Assembly (NCBI GenBank): GCA_963830365.1
Contig: CAWHMU010000036.1
Location: 64,884 to 128,883, forward strand
Direction: 5' to 3'
Source of the DNA: an uncultured Chlamydiae bacterium
Lineage (GTDB): Bacteria; Chlamydiota; Chlamydiia; Chlamydiales; Parachlamydiaceae
Length of the DNA stretch: 64,000 nucleotides
Made by a program: the position numbers and the translations under genes. Position 1 is the first letter of the stretch. Every line of letters starts with the position of its first letter. Positions 1-8,561 of the stretch are shown piece by piece. The notes beneath the pieces were generated by a model that saw only the letters and a program-made list of their open reading frames with translations, was not told the DNA's origin and ran no database searches.

Positions 1-258
1 TCAGCTGGTATTTATCAAATAGAGGCACCCACGCTTTGCGGATCTGCGCGCTGATCTTGTAACTGAAAGGGCGGGCAGAGGGGTAGGCCGGCACATGGTA
101 TAGGGCGAATGTGTGCGGCACCTGCTGACGGGCTGCCAAGCTCTTTGCCAGCCATTCCGTTTGCTGGCCCTGGATGGGTGAGTGTGGCCGCTATCCAAGA
201 GCATGATGCTCATGTAATTGCCGAAATCAAGCACCTGATAACCCTGCAGCCCCGGCAT
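1..258 (-). pseudogene. C-terminal fragment of the metallophosphoesterase encoded by 227..973, out of frame with it
   Basis: The translation GYQVLDFGNYMSIMLLDSGHTHP is the expected continuation of a calcineurin-like/purple-acid phosphatase after its GNHD motif. It lies in a different frame from 227..973. Stop codon at 1..3. Confidence 0.55.
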
Positions 259-973
259 GGGGAAAAGGGCATAAAAAGGGAGCTTCGTCAGGCGTCTGGC
301 CGAAGAAACCGTTGGTGTCGTGGTTGCCCAAGACCGGCAGGATGGGCACCAGGCGTCCGTCAGGGGTTACCATCGAAGTTTCCCAGGCCATAAGCCAGTC
401 CAGCCAGCCAGCGAATTTCTGTTTGGTCGGCAGGTTGAGCAAATGCTGCATCCAGCTGGGGAATAGGTGGGCGGTCTTATCCGCCGCATAGGCGATATCG
501 CCGCCCACCAAAGCAAACAAAGGGCCGGTCCTGGCTGCCGCCCGGTTGGTGGCGCGCAAGATGTCGATCGTATCGTGATACATGTCGCCGCCGGCCACGA
601 AATGGATGGGGTCCTGCAAGATGGCCGGCATGGTCTGGAATTTGTAGATATGCTCGGCGGATTTTATACGGAAGGCGTAATCCGTGGCCGGCAGCAGGTT
701 GGTGAGTTCGACGGTATGGATGAGATATGGGGTATCCAGAGGTATCGGTGCCTGCGAGCCTGTAGCCTGCAGCCAGTCGGGAGCGCTCTCTTTCCTATAT
801 TCCACGACATCCGCGCTGTCATCCAAGGGCGTCAGCCAGCAAATCGTCATGGTGCTTTCGGGGCTGCGCTGCCATGTCAGATAGACAGCTGCCGGCTTTT
901 CGCCTGCGGCGTAACCGGCAGCTGCTGTCAGCAGCAGTAAAAGCAGAAATAAAGAACGTGCCGCTTTACCCAT
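227..973 (-). CDS. Secreted metallophosphoesterase (purple acid phosphatase-like), N-terminal part; frame breaks near A5 run 273..277
   Basis: Signal-peptide-like N-terminus (MGKAARSLFLLLLLLTAAAGYAAG). Metallophosphatase motifs GGDMYHD, GGDIAY and VLGNHD are present. The tail after ..DEAPF is nonsense, whereas the other frame reads YALFPMPGLQGY. Confidence 0.7.
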   Translation of the reverse strand: MGKAARSLFLLLLLLTAAAGYAAGEKPAAVYLTWQRSPESTMTICWLTPLDDSADVVEYRKESAPDWLQATGSQAPIPLDTPYLIHTVELTNLLPATDYAFRIKSAEHIYKFQTMPAILQDPIHFVAGGDMYHDTIDILRATNRAAARTGPLFALVGGDIAYAADKTAHLFPSWMQHLLNLPTKQKFAGWLDWLMAWETSMVTPDGRLVPILPVLGNHDTNGFFGQTPDEAPFLCPFPHAGAAGLSGA

Positions 974-976
974 GTG

Positions 977-2860
977 CTATTGGCTATCGTCTGCGGCGGC
1001 GTTTGGTGCGGCGCTGGCTGTGGTGCTGGCCAGGCGGGCCAGCTTCTCCATGACGCGGCTATTGCGCACCACGAAGTCGTTCAAGGCGGCGGGGCTCATC
1101 TCCCTTTGCGAGAGCAGTGATAGTTCATACGACTGCCTGACGAGGTCTTTGGCTAGTTCGGCATCGATGGCATCGAGCTGTTGGATGGCGGCCATCAGCG
1201 GGTTGTTGGTGTTGACGACGAAGGTCAGTCCTTGCAACAGGTGCATCTTGTCGGCGGCTTCTTTAGGATCGAGGTGCATGAGATAGTCGCGCATCCTGCG
1301 CTGGCTCTCGTCGATGACAATGAATCCCGGCAGGGAGTCGCTGGCCAGGCTTTTGGCCTCCACCTTGATTTTGTCGTCGCCAAGCTTGGCGCGGACGAAA
1401 TCGGCCAGGTGGGCAGCTTCGGTCTTACCGGATTCATCCAGGACGCTTTTCTCGCGGTCTTTGTCTAAAATATTCTCATCGATGCCGGCATCGATACGCT
1501 GGAAGGTGGTCGGGGAGAGCTTCTTTTCCAGAAATTGCATCAGATAGGGGTCGATGGGGCTGTCGGCGCACAGGACCTCGACGCCGCGCTGGCGGTAGAC
1601 ATCCAGGAAGTGTCCTGAATGGGCGAGGTCTCTGGTGTATAGAATCTTATCCTTGGTCTTGTCGCGGTTGCGCTCAAGGTAGTCTTCAACAGTTGTCCAG
1701 GTGCCTTCGGCATTTTTCCAGATGAGGAATTCCTTGACCCGGTCATAGAATTTTTCGTCTTCCAGGATGCCTAGCTTGACGACCATGGAGACATCATCCC
1801 AGCAGTCTATGAAGCGTTCTCTTTCATTGCGATACAGGCTCGACAGGCTGTCGGAGACTTTTTTCGAGATGTGGTTGGCCAGCTGGCGGACGGTCCTGTC
1901 CATCTGCAGGTAGCTTCTAGAGACATTCAATGGGATATCCGGACTGTCGATCACGCCGCGCAGGGCCATGAGGTAGTTGGGGATGATATCCTTGCAGTTG
2001 TCGGAGACAAAGACGCGATTGCAGTACAATTTGACGGTGTTTTTGCTGTTGTCGTAGTCGCGCCGAATCTTGGGGAAATACAAGATCCCTTGCAGATGGA
2101 AGGGGTAGTCGACATTCAGATGCACCCAGAAGAGCGGTTCTTCTTCCATCGGATAGAGGTGGCGGTAAAAATCGAGGTAGTCCTCAGGGGTGCATTCCGA
2201 GGCTGGCTTGATCCAGAGGGGTGTTTTGCTGTTGATCAGCGTCTCGCCAAGGTAGACGGGGTAAGGCAGGAAGGAGCAGTAATGGCGCAGGATCTCGCGC
2301 AGGCGGTGCTCTTCCAGATATTCGTCACTGTCCTTGTCGATGTACAGCGTGATTTCGGTGCCGCGCGTCGCGCGCGTGCCTTTTTCCAGCAGGTATTCGG
2401 CCGAACCGTCGCAGGACCACAGCACAGGTTCAGCGCCGGCTTTATAGGAGAGGGTGTTGACTTCGACTTTTTGGGCGACCATATAGGCGGAATAAAAGCC
2501 CAGGCCAAAATGGCCGATGAATTGATCGCGCTCGTCATTGGATTTGTATTTGCTCATGAACTCTTCGGCCCCGGAGAAGGCGATCTGGGCGATATATTTC
2601 TCCACTTCAGCGGCATCCATGCCGATGCCGTTGTCGATGAATTTCAAGGTGCGATCGGTCTTGTTGATGCGTATTTCAATCTTGAACTCGTCATCGCGTG
2701 CTTCGGCAAGGCCCTGGTCGCGCAGGATTTTGACTTTGCGGATGGCATCGCAGGCATTGGAAACCAGTTCGCGCACAAAGATGTCTTTATCGGAATACAG
2801 CCAGCGCTTGATGATCGGTAAAATATTTTCACTGTGAATCTGCAATGTTTGCTTGCCCAT
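977..2860 (-). CDS. htpG: Molecular chaperone HtpG (Hsp90 family)
   Basis: 627 aa. The N-terminal GHKL ATPase signature (ILPIIKRWLYSDKDIFVRELVSNACDAI, IDNGIGM, GHFGLGFYSAYMV) is typical of bacterial HtpG over the full length. Confidence 0.95.
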   Translation of the reverse strand: MGKQTLQIHSENILPIIKRWLYSDKDIFVRELVSNACDAIRKVKILRDQGLAEARDDEFKIEIRINKTDRTLKFIDNGIGMDAAEVEKYIAQIAFSGAEEFMSKYKSNDERDQFIGHFGLGFYSAYMVAQKVEVNTLSYKAGAEPVLWSCDGSAEYLLEKGTRATRGTEITLYIDKDSDEYLEEHRLREILRHYCSFLPYPVYLGETLINSKTPLWIKPASECTPEDYLDFYRHLYPMEEEPLFWVHLNVDYPFHLQGILYFPKIRRDYDNSKNTVKLYCNRVFVSDNCKDIIPNYLMALRGVIDSPDIPLNVSRSYLQMDRTVRQLANHISKKVSDSLSSLYRNERERFIDCWDDVSMVVKLGILEDEKFYDRVKEFLIWKNAEGTWTTVEDYLERNRDKTKDKILYTRDLAHSGHFLDVYRQRGVEVLCADSPIDPYLMQFLEKKLSPTTFQRIDAGIDENILDKDREKSVLDESGKTEAAHLADFVRAKLGDDKIKVEAKSLASDSLPGFIVIDESQRRMRDYLMHLDPKEAADKMHLLQGLTFVVNTNNPLMAAIQQLDAIDAELAKDLVRQSYELSLLSQREMSPAALNDFVVRNSRVMEKLARLASTTASAAPNAAADDSQ

Positions 2861-3007
2861 GCTTTATGTCCTGGTGAAAGTTGAAATGATTTGTAAATGA
2901 TTTATTTTCAGCTCTTTTAACATTTTCTGTCAACCGGTGAGTGGACAAAAAGTGGCTGAAAGCGGCACAAGTTGATGCTATTGTCCACCGGGTCTGGCAA
3001 TTGGTAG

Positions 3008-4111
3008 CTAACGGCCGGCATGCCACCATTTTGACGCTAGTCCAGCTATGACAGCTATGGCTACCATGCTGACAGCGGCGACAACTGGTTTGTGCTTATC
3101 CATAAAGGCATGGAGGCTAGCGCTGTTTTCGTTGCTAGACGGGCGCGTGAGCGAAAACTCGCCATTCAAGCAAGAACCGATCGACATCAAAGCGCGACAG
3201 TTATTGAAGACAACACCAATGCTATGGGTTGTGATCTGATCGCAGTTACGGATATTGAGATCTATCAGCTTGGGGCAGCTAGCGGCGATAGCTATCAAAG
3301 TTTGATCATTAAGTTGATTGCAATGAGCTAGGCAGAGATGTGTGAGGTTTGGACAGTTCCTGGCAATGTCTATGATATGTTGATTTTTAAGGTGGCAGCA
3401 ATCAGTCAGCTTTAGATGGGTGAGCCCTTGGCATCGCTGCACAATGGGCAAGATGCCTTGAATGGTTGTCTTATCGCAGAAAGCCAGATCTAGCGCGGTG
3501 AGAAGTGGACAGTGACTATGGATGGCGGCTAGGGTGCGATCCGTCAGCTTACTACATCCATAAAGGTTGAGAGTGTTAAGGGCATGGCCACAATTGACTA
3601 TAATGGATATTAAACCATGATCTGTAACCGCATTGCATTCAGTGATGGTAAGGGATTTGAGGCTTTTGCAGCCAAAGGCAATCGCTTCTAAAAGGTCGTC
3701 GGTGGTCCGATATTCAGGCAGTATCAATGATTCGACGTCAGGATGGCTTTTGATAAGGGCTATTACTTCTTGCATGGGCTCGAGCAGGTATCCTCGTAGA
3801 TTGAGAGAAGTGGGTTTTTGGCGTTTATCAGGCCCCTTTTCTTCGCTGACTTCTGAATCTGTATCGGACGGTAGTGCGCCATCAAATGCTGAGTCGGCGC
3901 CTTTTTCATCAGCCTGATTCTTTGGGGATTTTTGTTCGGCCGGCGGTGGGGGTGTTAGCATTTCTTTGAAAAATATGCTAGATAGGCTTGCCAATGGACT
4001 ATCTTGTTTCGTCGTTAAAGCAACACTCGTTTTTTCTTCTTGCGCTGCCGGTTGCCTTGTGTCTAATGGATAAATGGGATAATGAGATTTTTCTGAGATA
4101 GCCATAAGCAA
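3008..4111 (-). CDS. Leucine-rich-repeat protein (cysteine-containing RNI/FBXL-type LRRs) with C-terminal transmembrane anchor
   Basis: About 8 tandem ~26-aa repeats of the form C..LTD..L..I...CP.L..L.L..C (e.g. LYGCSKLTDRTLAAIHSHCPLLTALDLAFC). The N-terminal half is disordered and Pro/Ser/Glu-rich. C-terminal hydrophobic helix VVAAVSMVAIAVIAGLA. No clear F-box was recognised. Confidence 0.8.
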   Translation of the reverse strand: MLMAISEKSHYPIYPLDTRQPAAQEEKTSVALTTKQDSPLASLSSIFFKEMLTPPPPAEQKSPKNQADEKGADSAFDGALPSDTDSEVSEEKGPDKRQKPTSLNLRGYLLEPMQEVIALIKSHPDVESLILPEYRTTDDLLEAIAFGCKSLKSLTITECNAVTDHGLISIIVNCGHALNTLNLYGCSKLTDRTLAAIHSHCPLLTALDLAFCDKTTIQGILPIVQRCQGLTHLKLTDCCHLKNQHIIDIARNCPNLTHLCLAHCNQLNDQTLIAIAASCPKLIDLNIRNCDQITTHSIGVVFNNCRALMSIGSCLNGEFSLTRPSSNENSASLHAFMDKHKPVVAAVSMVAIAVIAGLASKWWHAGR

Positions 4112-4268
4112 ATTCCATCTTGTTTTTTAAAGGCAAGATTTGATGGTTTTCCTGTATTTGTCAATGTGAAAAATAGTTTTTAAAAAAACACTCAAGGCTT
4201 TGGCTTGCGGTTGCCACGCCATGGGCTATAAGTCTTTAGGTTATTTCGTGGCCAGCGGCAAACTGAGG

Positions 4269-5615
4269 CTAAGCGAGTTTTTTCAACTCTTGGCTAAGTT
4301 TTAGATTGGGAGGGAACAGAAAGCTGGGAGGCTTTTTGACCTCTTTGACCATGTAGATGTAATACTGAAAGATGTCCCGCAGCTTGGCTGTCAATACTTG
4401 AGCATGGAGATGGGGCACGGTTTGGCCGGCTTTAATGCCCTGCTGCTTCCAGGCAAAAAACTCCTCGTCGGGATAGAGCTTTTCCCATGCTTGGCGTAAA
4501 GAGCGGAAGGTTTTCAACTCCGCGATGACCTGTTCTTTTGTTAGGCTGATGCAATCTTCGATATGCTGATTAGGCGCGACGAGGACATGCCGGCTATTAT
4601 CCTGATCGATGACATATGACAAAGGATTTATGATGACTTGCGTTTGCGTGCCTTGAGAAACAAGCTCTTTGGGCGGAACTTTGCAAAAGAAACACTTTTT
4701 GGTTTCATGGGTCCTGGCGTCCTTTTGGAAGGCTGCTACTCTTGGCCGCTGGGTTAGGGCCTCGACGCTCAATACAGGGTATCCTTCATGGGCCAGCAGC
4801 TTTAGCAGGGTGGTGACGCGGAATTTCTGGGCATTAGCGAGGTTGACCTCCTCGCGCTTGGCTTGAAAAGGACGCTCGGCACGGTTTGGAGTTTTAGAGA
4901 GGATGTTGGGAAGCGTTTGCTTCAATATTTCGATGCGATCATGAGGCAGTGAATAGGTCTGCCAGCGTCCTCTTGATAGGAGATACAAATTGCGCATGTC
5001 TTTGTCAAGCAGATCCACCTCTTTGGCATCTTTGGTAAGCGCCGGGAAAAGTTCAAATCCGAACGTCGATTTCGACTCCATCAAACCCTCACAATAGTCG
5101 GGGAAGCCAAATACCTTTTCAAAGAGATCAGGAATCGACTTTATGATCTGTTTTAGGGCTACATAATCATCATCTGAAATTTGTGCGAGAGTGACATCCT
5201 TACCCGGTTTGACCAGCAGGTGGTAACGTCCTTTTTCATTGACGAGCACCACTTCAACCTGAGCATTCTTCCAAATAACCTCACCAGGCTTTGATAAGAG
5301 ATCGACCGGAGCTTCTGGATTTAGAGGTATTGAAATGCGATTTTTCGGCGGCCATTGAGAGGCCGGCACAATGGTGAAGGGGATATGGCTCTGCGTCAGC
5401 GATTCGGTGATCATCTCCATATCGATGCCGGTCTTTTGACCGAAGTCGTCCGAAATAAGCCACTCGGGTTCTTTGGCTTTGGGAGGCTGCTGTGAAGCCC
5501 CTTTGATTTTTTTGTAGAAAAGCCAGCCGATTACGCCTGCCGAAAGCGCTGCGGCAGGCTTTAGAATAGGTTCAAACCAATTGGGGCAAATGGATTCAAT
5601 GGGAGAGATGCGCAT
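4269..5615 (-). CDS. Membrane-anchored HIT-superfamily protein with HxHxQ (GalT/Apa-branch-like) motif
   Basis: N-terminal TM helix (AAALSAGVIGWLFY). The C-terminal domain has CFFCK near its start and the nucleotide-binding loop GQTVPHLHAQVL (H-x-H-x-Q instead of H-x-H-x-H). A preceding ~150-aa region looks like a degenerate second HIT-like half. Confidence 0.65.
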   Translation of the reverse strand: MRISPIESICPNWFEPILKPAAALSAGVIGWLFYKKIKGASQQPPKAKEPEWLISDDFGQKTGIDMEMITESLTQSHIPFTIVPASQWPPKNRISIPLNPEAPVDLLSKPGEVIWKNAQVEVVLVNEKGRYHLLVKPGKDVTLAQISDDDYVALKQIIKSIPDLFEKVFGFPDYCEGLMESKSTFGFELFPALTKDAKEVDLLDKDMRNLYLLSRGRWQTYSLPHDRIEILKQTLPNILSKTPNRAERPFQAKREEVNLANAQKFRVTTLLKLLAHEGYPVLSVEALTQRPRVAAFQKDARTHETKKCFFCKVPPKELVSQGTQTQVIINPLSYVIDQDNSRHVLVAPNQHIEDCISLTKEQVIAELKTFRSLRQAWEKLYPDEEFFAWKQQGIKAGQTVPHLHAQVLTAKLRDIFQYYIYMVKEVKKPPSFLFPPNLKLSQELKKLA

Positions 5616-5947
5616 AAAACCTCTTTATATTTAAAATGCCATTGCAGGATAGGTCTATCGGCGATAAATTACAATCTGGATATTATGGCATGATCTGTAA
5701 TCTGATCACAAAAAGTAAGGTTCAAATCAGGTCCAAAGTTTCAACTTTTAGAAAAAGAGCTTACTCGTTTCTTTGAAACAAATATCGATCCTGTTACCAT
5801 GATTATTGATCCTTCGAAAATTAAAGCTAATATCATCCCCATAAGCGCTGCTATCCTTGCAGTACATGTCTATGTCATGCCTTGTGCAGTTGATGAAAAT
5901 TGATAAAATTTGCACTTTGATTCAAAGTTTTGTTGTGAGGCAGTGCC

Positions 5948-7027
5948 ATGAGCCCAAAAGTATCGATAGCTGTACCTTCATATAACCATGCCAAATTTTT
6001 ACCTCAGTTGATTGAAAGTGTATTGAATCAGACCTTTCAAGATTGGGAGCTTTGCATTGTTGATGATGGTTCAACCGATCAGTCAGTTGAAGTGATTAAG
6101 CGTTATGAGGATCCACGGATTAAACTGCATGTTTTTGAAAAAAACAGAGGTGCTGTAGATGCACATAATCATGCTTTTCAAATGGGAACTGGCGAGTACA
6201 TAGCATCCTTAAACTCTGACGATGTAATGATGCCAGATAGACTTGAGAAGCAAGTCTTATATCTAGAGCAAAATCAAGATGTAGGACTTGTTTTTACCCT
6301 GCCCGAATTTATAAATGAAAAGGGTGGACCGATAGAAGTTCCCCATTTGTCAGGGGTTTTTAAAGCTAACGCTGAAGGAAAGCCTAATTGGCTCCGCTAT
6401 TTATTTGAGAATGGAAATTGTTTTTGCCATCCAAGTCTGATGTTAAGAAGAATTTGTTTTGATCGTTGTGGCTATCTTAACCCGGTTTATTACCAGCTGC
6501 CTGACTTTGACTTATGGGTTAGACTCACTATGTGTTTTACAACACATGTGTTAGAAGAACCTTTAGTTCAATATAGGTGTCATGAAAATTGGAGTAATGT
6601 AAGTGCTCCGACTTTTGAAGCACATGTGAGAACTCGTTGGGAATATTCTCGTATCTTGAGACACTTTTTAAAACTGGATACGAGTGAGCGGTTTTTAGAA
6701 GTTTTTCCTGACCAATACATTGAGAATGAAAAACTTATTCCCTATTATCTTGCACAAATGGCTTTGAGGCTTAAAACTTCGATACCTACTGTTTATTCTC
6801 ATTTTGGTTTGGAAGTGCTACATGATATGCTTAATCAGCCTGATTTGCGCCAATTAATAGAAAAAGAAGCTGGATATACGATGAATGATTATAAACGAGA
6901 TACTAGCAAGCATTTCGTTTTTTGTAGTTATGATGATCGATTTTTCATCACAAACTATCAGCAGACTGTCATACAAAAGTTTATAGGTAAGTATAGCTTG
7001 CGCGTTTTAAAAAAAGTAACCGCTTAG
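5948..7027 (+). CDS. Family 2 glycosyltransferase
   Basis: N-terminal GT-A signature VSIAVPSYNHAKFLPQLIESVLNQTFQDWELCIVDDGSTDQS plus a later NSDD (DxD-like) motif. The gene looks AT-richer than its flanks by eye. Confidence 0.85.
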   Translation: MSPKVSIAVPSYNHAKFLPQLIESVLNQTFQDWELCIVDDGSTDQSVEVIKRYEDPRIKLHVFEKNRGAVDAHNHAFQMGTGEYIASLNSDDVMMPDRLEKQVLYLEQNQDVGLVFTLPEFINEKGGPIEVPHLSGVFKANAEGKPNWLRYLFENGNCFCHPSLMLRRICFDRCGYLNPVYYQLPDFDLWVRLTMCFTTHVLEEPLVQYRCHENWSNVSAPTFEAHVRTRWEYSRILRHFLKLDTSERFLEVFPDQYIENEKLIPYYLAQMALRLKTSIPTVYSHFGLEVLHDMLNQPDLRQLIEKEAGYTMNDYKRDTSKHFVFCSYDDRFFITNYQQTVIQKFIGKYSLRVLKKVTA

Positions 7028-7140
7028 AGATTCTCTATTAGAGATCTTCTAACAGAGGCATCATTCATCTAACCTGTTTTTAGAGCGCTTTTTCAGGTTT
7101 ATTTATAAACAAAACCTTCATTTGCCGATTGAATTGAATT

Positions 7141-8418
7141 CTAATATTTCCAATTTATTAGGCATTCAATTCCATGAGTATCGAAAACAGGAATGCACGC
7201 GTTTGTGGCTACTTCAAGGCGTTCGGCGTGTGAGTCATCAATATAGATAGCATCGGACCCACTAATTCTTTCTGATTTTTTTTCATTATTCGTAATGTGC
7301 ATTACATCATCAAAAAGATATCTTAATCTGTGCTTTTCGAGGGTTTTGATCAAGTTTCCCTTATGCCTTGTAAGAAGTACCAGTTTTTTGTTTTCGTTGA
7401 TACATTGGAAGATAAAAGCGATTAACAACGGGTTGACTTGATCATTGAGGATTAGGCTGTCATCGAGATCTACATAGACAGTGTTATAGTTAAGATCCGT
7501 GATATAACGATTTGTTAAACAGCGGTCCAATTCCATTTTAAGGTTAGTGGGCTGCACAGTAACGTCTACATCCATAGCATCAAAGAGGGATAAAAGAGGA
7601 AGGTTGACTCCCATATTCCGATGAAGTCCCATTGTACCTGCAACCCTTGGGCTGACTTCTAAAAGTTTTAGAGTGCCTTGATTATCTTTTTTAAGCTGGA
7701 AGAACCACATTCCTCTAAAAGAGAGAGTATTATTGATTTTTTCAGCGATATCGTTGAACATGGGATCATGAATTGATTTCGCGTTTACGCTGATGCCATT
7801 TAACGTTCTTCCACGGATTCTTGCTCCGGCAAAAAGAAGTTCTCTTTTGTAATTGGTAAAGCAGTCTATCGTATATTCTTCACCGGGTAAATACTCCATG
7901 ATTAATAGTGATGAGTCGCGTTGGAGGTGGTAGTTAAGTTCATCTTTTGTATGAACCAAGTAGGTTCCTTTAGAGCCTTGACCAATGTCCGGTTTTAAAA
8001 AGAGAGGGAAGGTGTCCGGTGTGGTATACCGTTTAGGTAATGGGATAATTCCTTCCAGGTGATCGTAAGTGGCATTTTTCGAACGGCAGATTTCACACGT
8101 TTTATAATCAGAGGTGATGACCTTACATCCGACCTTTTCAAAATCTTTCCGGTGTTTTGCCATTAGAACGACTGCAGAATCATGGGCAGGAATGATAAAT
8201 GAACAATTCTGTTCCTTAACGATTTCGAGGAGTTTAGGAATGATCAGCGGGTCATTGATGTAGGGCAGATTTGGAATGTAGTTGTTATAGACGAATTTCC
8301 CATGATCTTCGACAGAAGAGGCGCCTATTAGCTCGAAGTGAGTGGACCATTTTAAGGAGTTATGGATCTCCAAGCCAATTTCAGAGCCACATGGGAAGAC
8401 AAGAATGATTCCTTTCAT
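7141..8418 (-). CDS. ATP-grasp enzyme fused to a C-terminal HAD-like phosphatase domain
   Basis: ATP-grasp motifs LFLKPDIGQGSKG, IMEYLPGEEYTIDCF and LLEVSPRVAGTMG. The C-terminal ~120 aa carries HAD motif I (VYVDLDDSL) and an IYIDDSHAE acidic motif. It sits inside a glycan-modification gene set. Confidence 0.65.
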   Translation of the reverse strand: MKGIILVFPCGSEIGLEIHNSLKWSTHFELIGASSVEDHGKFVYNNYIPNLPYINDPLIIPKLLEIVKEQNCSFIIPAHDSAVVLMAKHRKDFEKVGCKVITSDYKTCEICRSKNATYDHLEGIIPLPKRYTTPDTFPLFLKPDIGQGSKGTYLVHTKDELNYHLQRDSSLLIMEYLPGEEYTIDCFTNYKRELLFAGARIRGRTLNGISVNAKSIHDPMFNDIAEKINNTLSFRGMWFFQLKKDNQGTLKLLEVSPRVAGTMGLHRNMGVNLPLLSLFDAMDVDVTVQPTNLKMELDRCLTNRYITDLNYNTVYVDLDDSLILNDQVNPLLIAFIFQCINENKKLVLLTRHKGNLIKTLEKHRLRYLFDDVMHITNNEKKSERISGSDAIYIDDSHAERLEVATNACIPVFDTHGIECLINWKY

Positions 8419-8521
8419 GTATGAACTCCAATAAGGCGGTATCTTAGCGTGGCAGGACTCTATTTGTCAATGAGTAGTCAATCAGTTTACAGGATGCAAA
8501 AGCTTCATGATCGGTTATAGG

Positions 8522-8553
8522 AAGCCATGGCCACGGAAAGCCATGGCCACGGA
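8522..8553. repeat. Two tandem copies of a 16-bp unit (AAGCCATGGCCACGGA), each with the palindrome GCCATGGC
   Basis: Direct reading of 8521..8553: gAAGCCATGGCCACGGAAAGCCATGGCCACGGA, followed by a T7 run. It lies between the DegT stop (8562) and the ATP-grasp start (8418). Confidence 0.9.
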
Positions 8554-8561
8554 TATTTTTT

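Noticed and set aside
1871-2821. 316-aa + strand ORF antisense to htpG, together with many similar long antisense ORFs inside tex, wzt, prfC, ribE and other genes
   Set aside because: These are shadow ORFs in GC-rich coding DNA. Their translations are low-complexity and Val/Ala/Gly/Asp-rich with no motifs, and the opposite strand encodes unmistakable conserved proteins.
2934-2991. Inverted repeat CCGGTGAGTGGACAA / TTGTCCACCGG upstream of htpG, considered as a heat-shock operator (CIRCE) or as the LRR-gene terminator
   Set aside because: It does not match the CIRCE consensus TTAGCACTC-N9-GAGTGCTAA. The stem is bulged with a 32-nt loop and no U-run. Support is insufficient to call a regulatory site.
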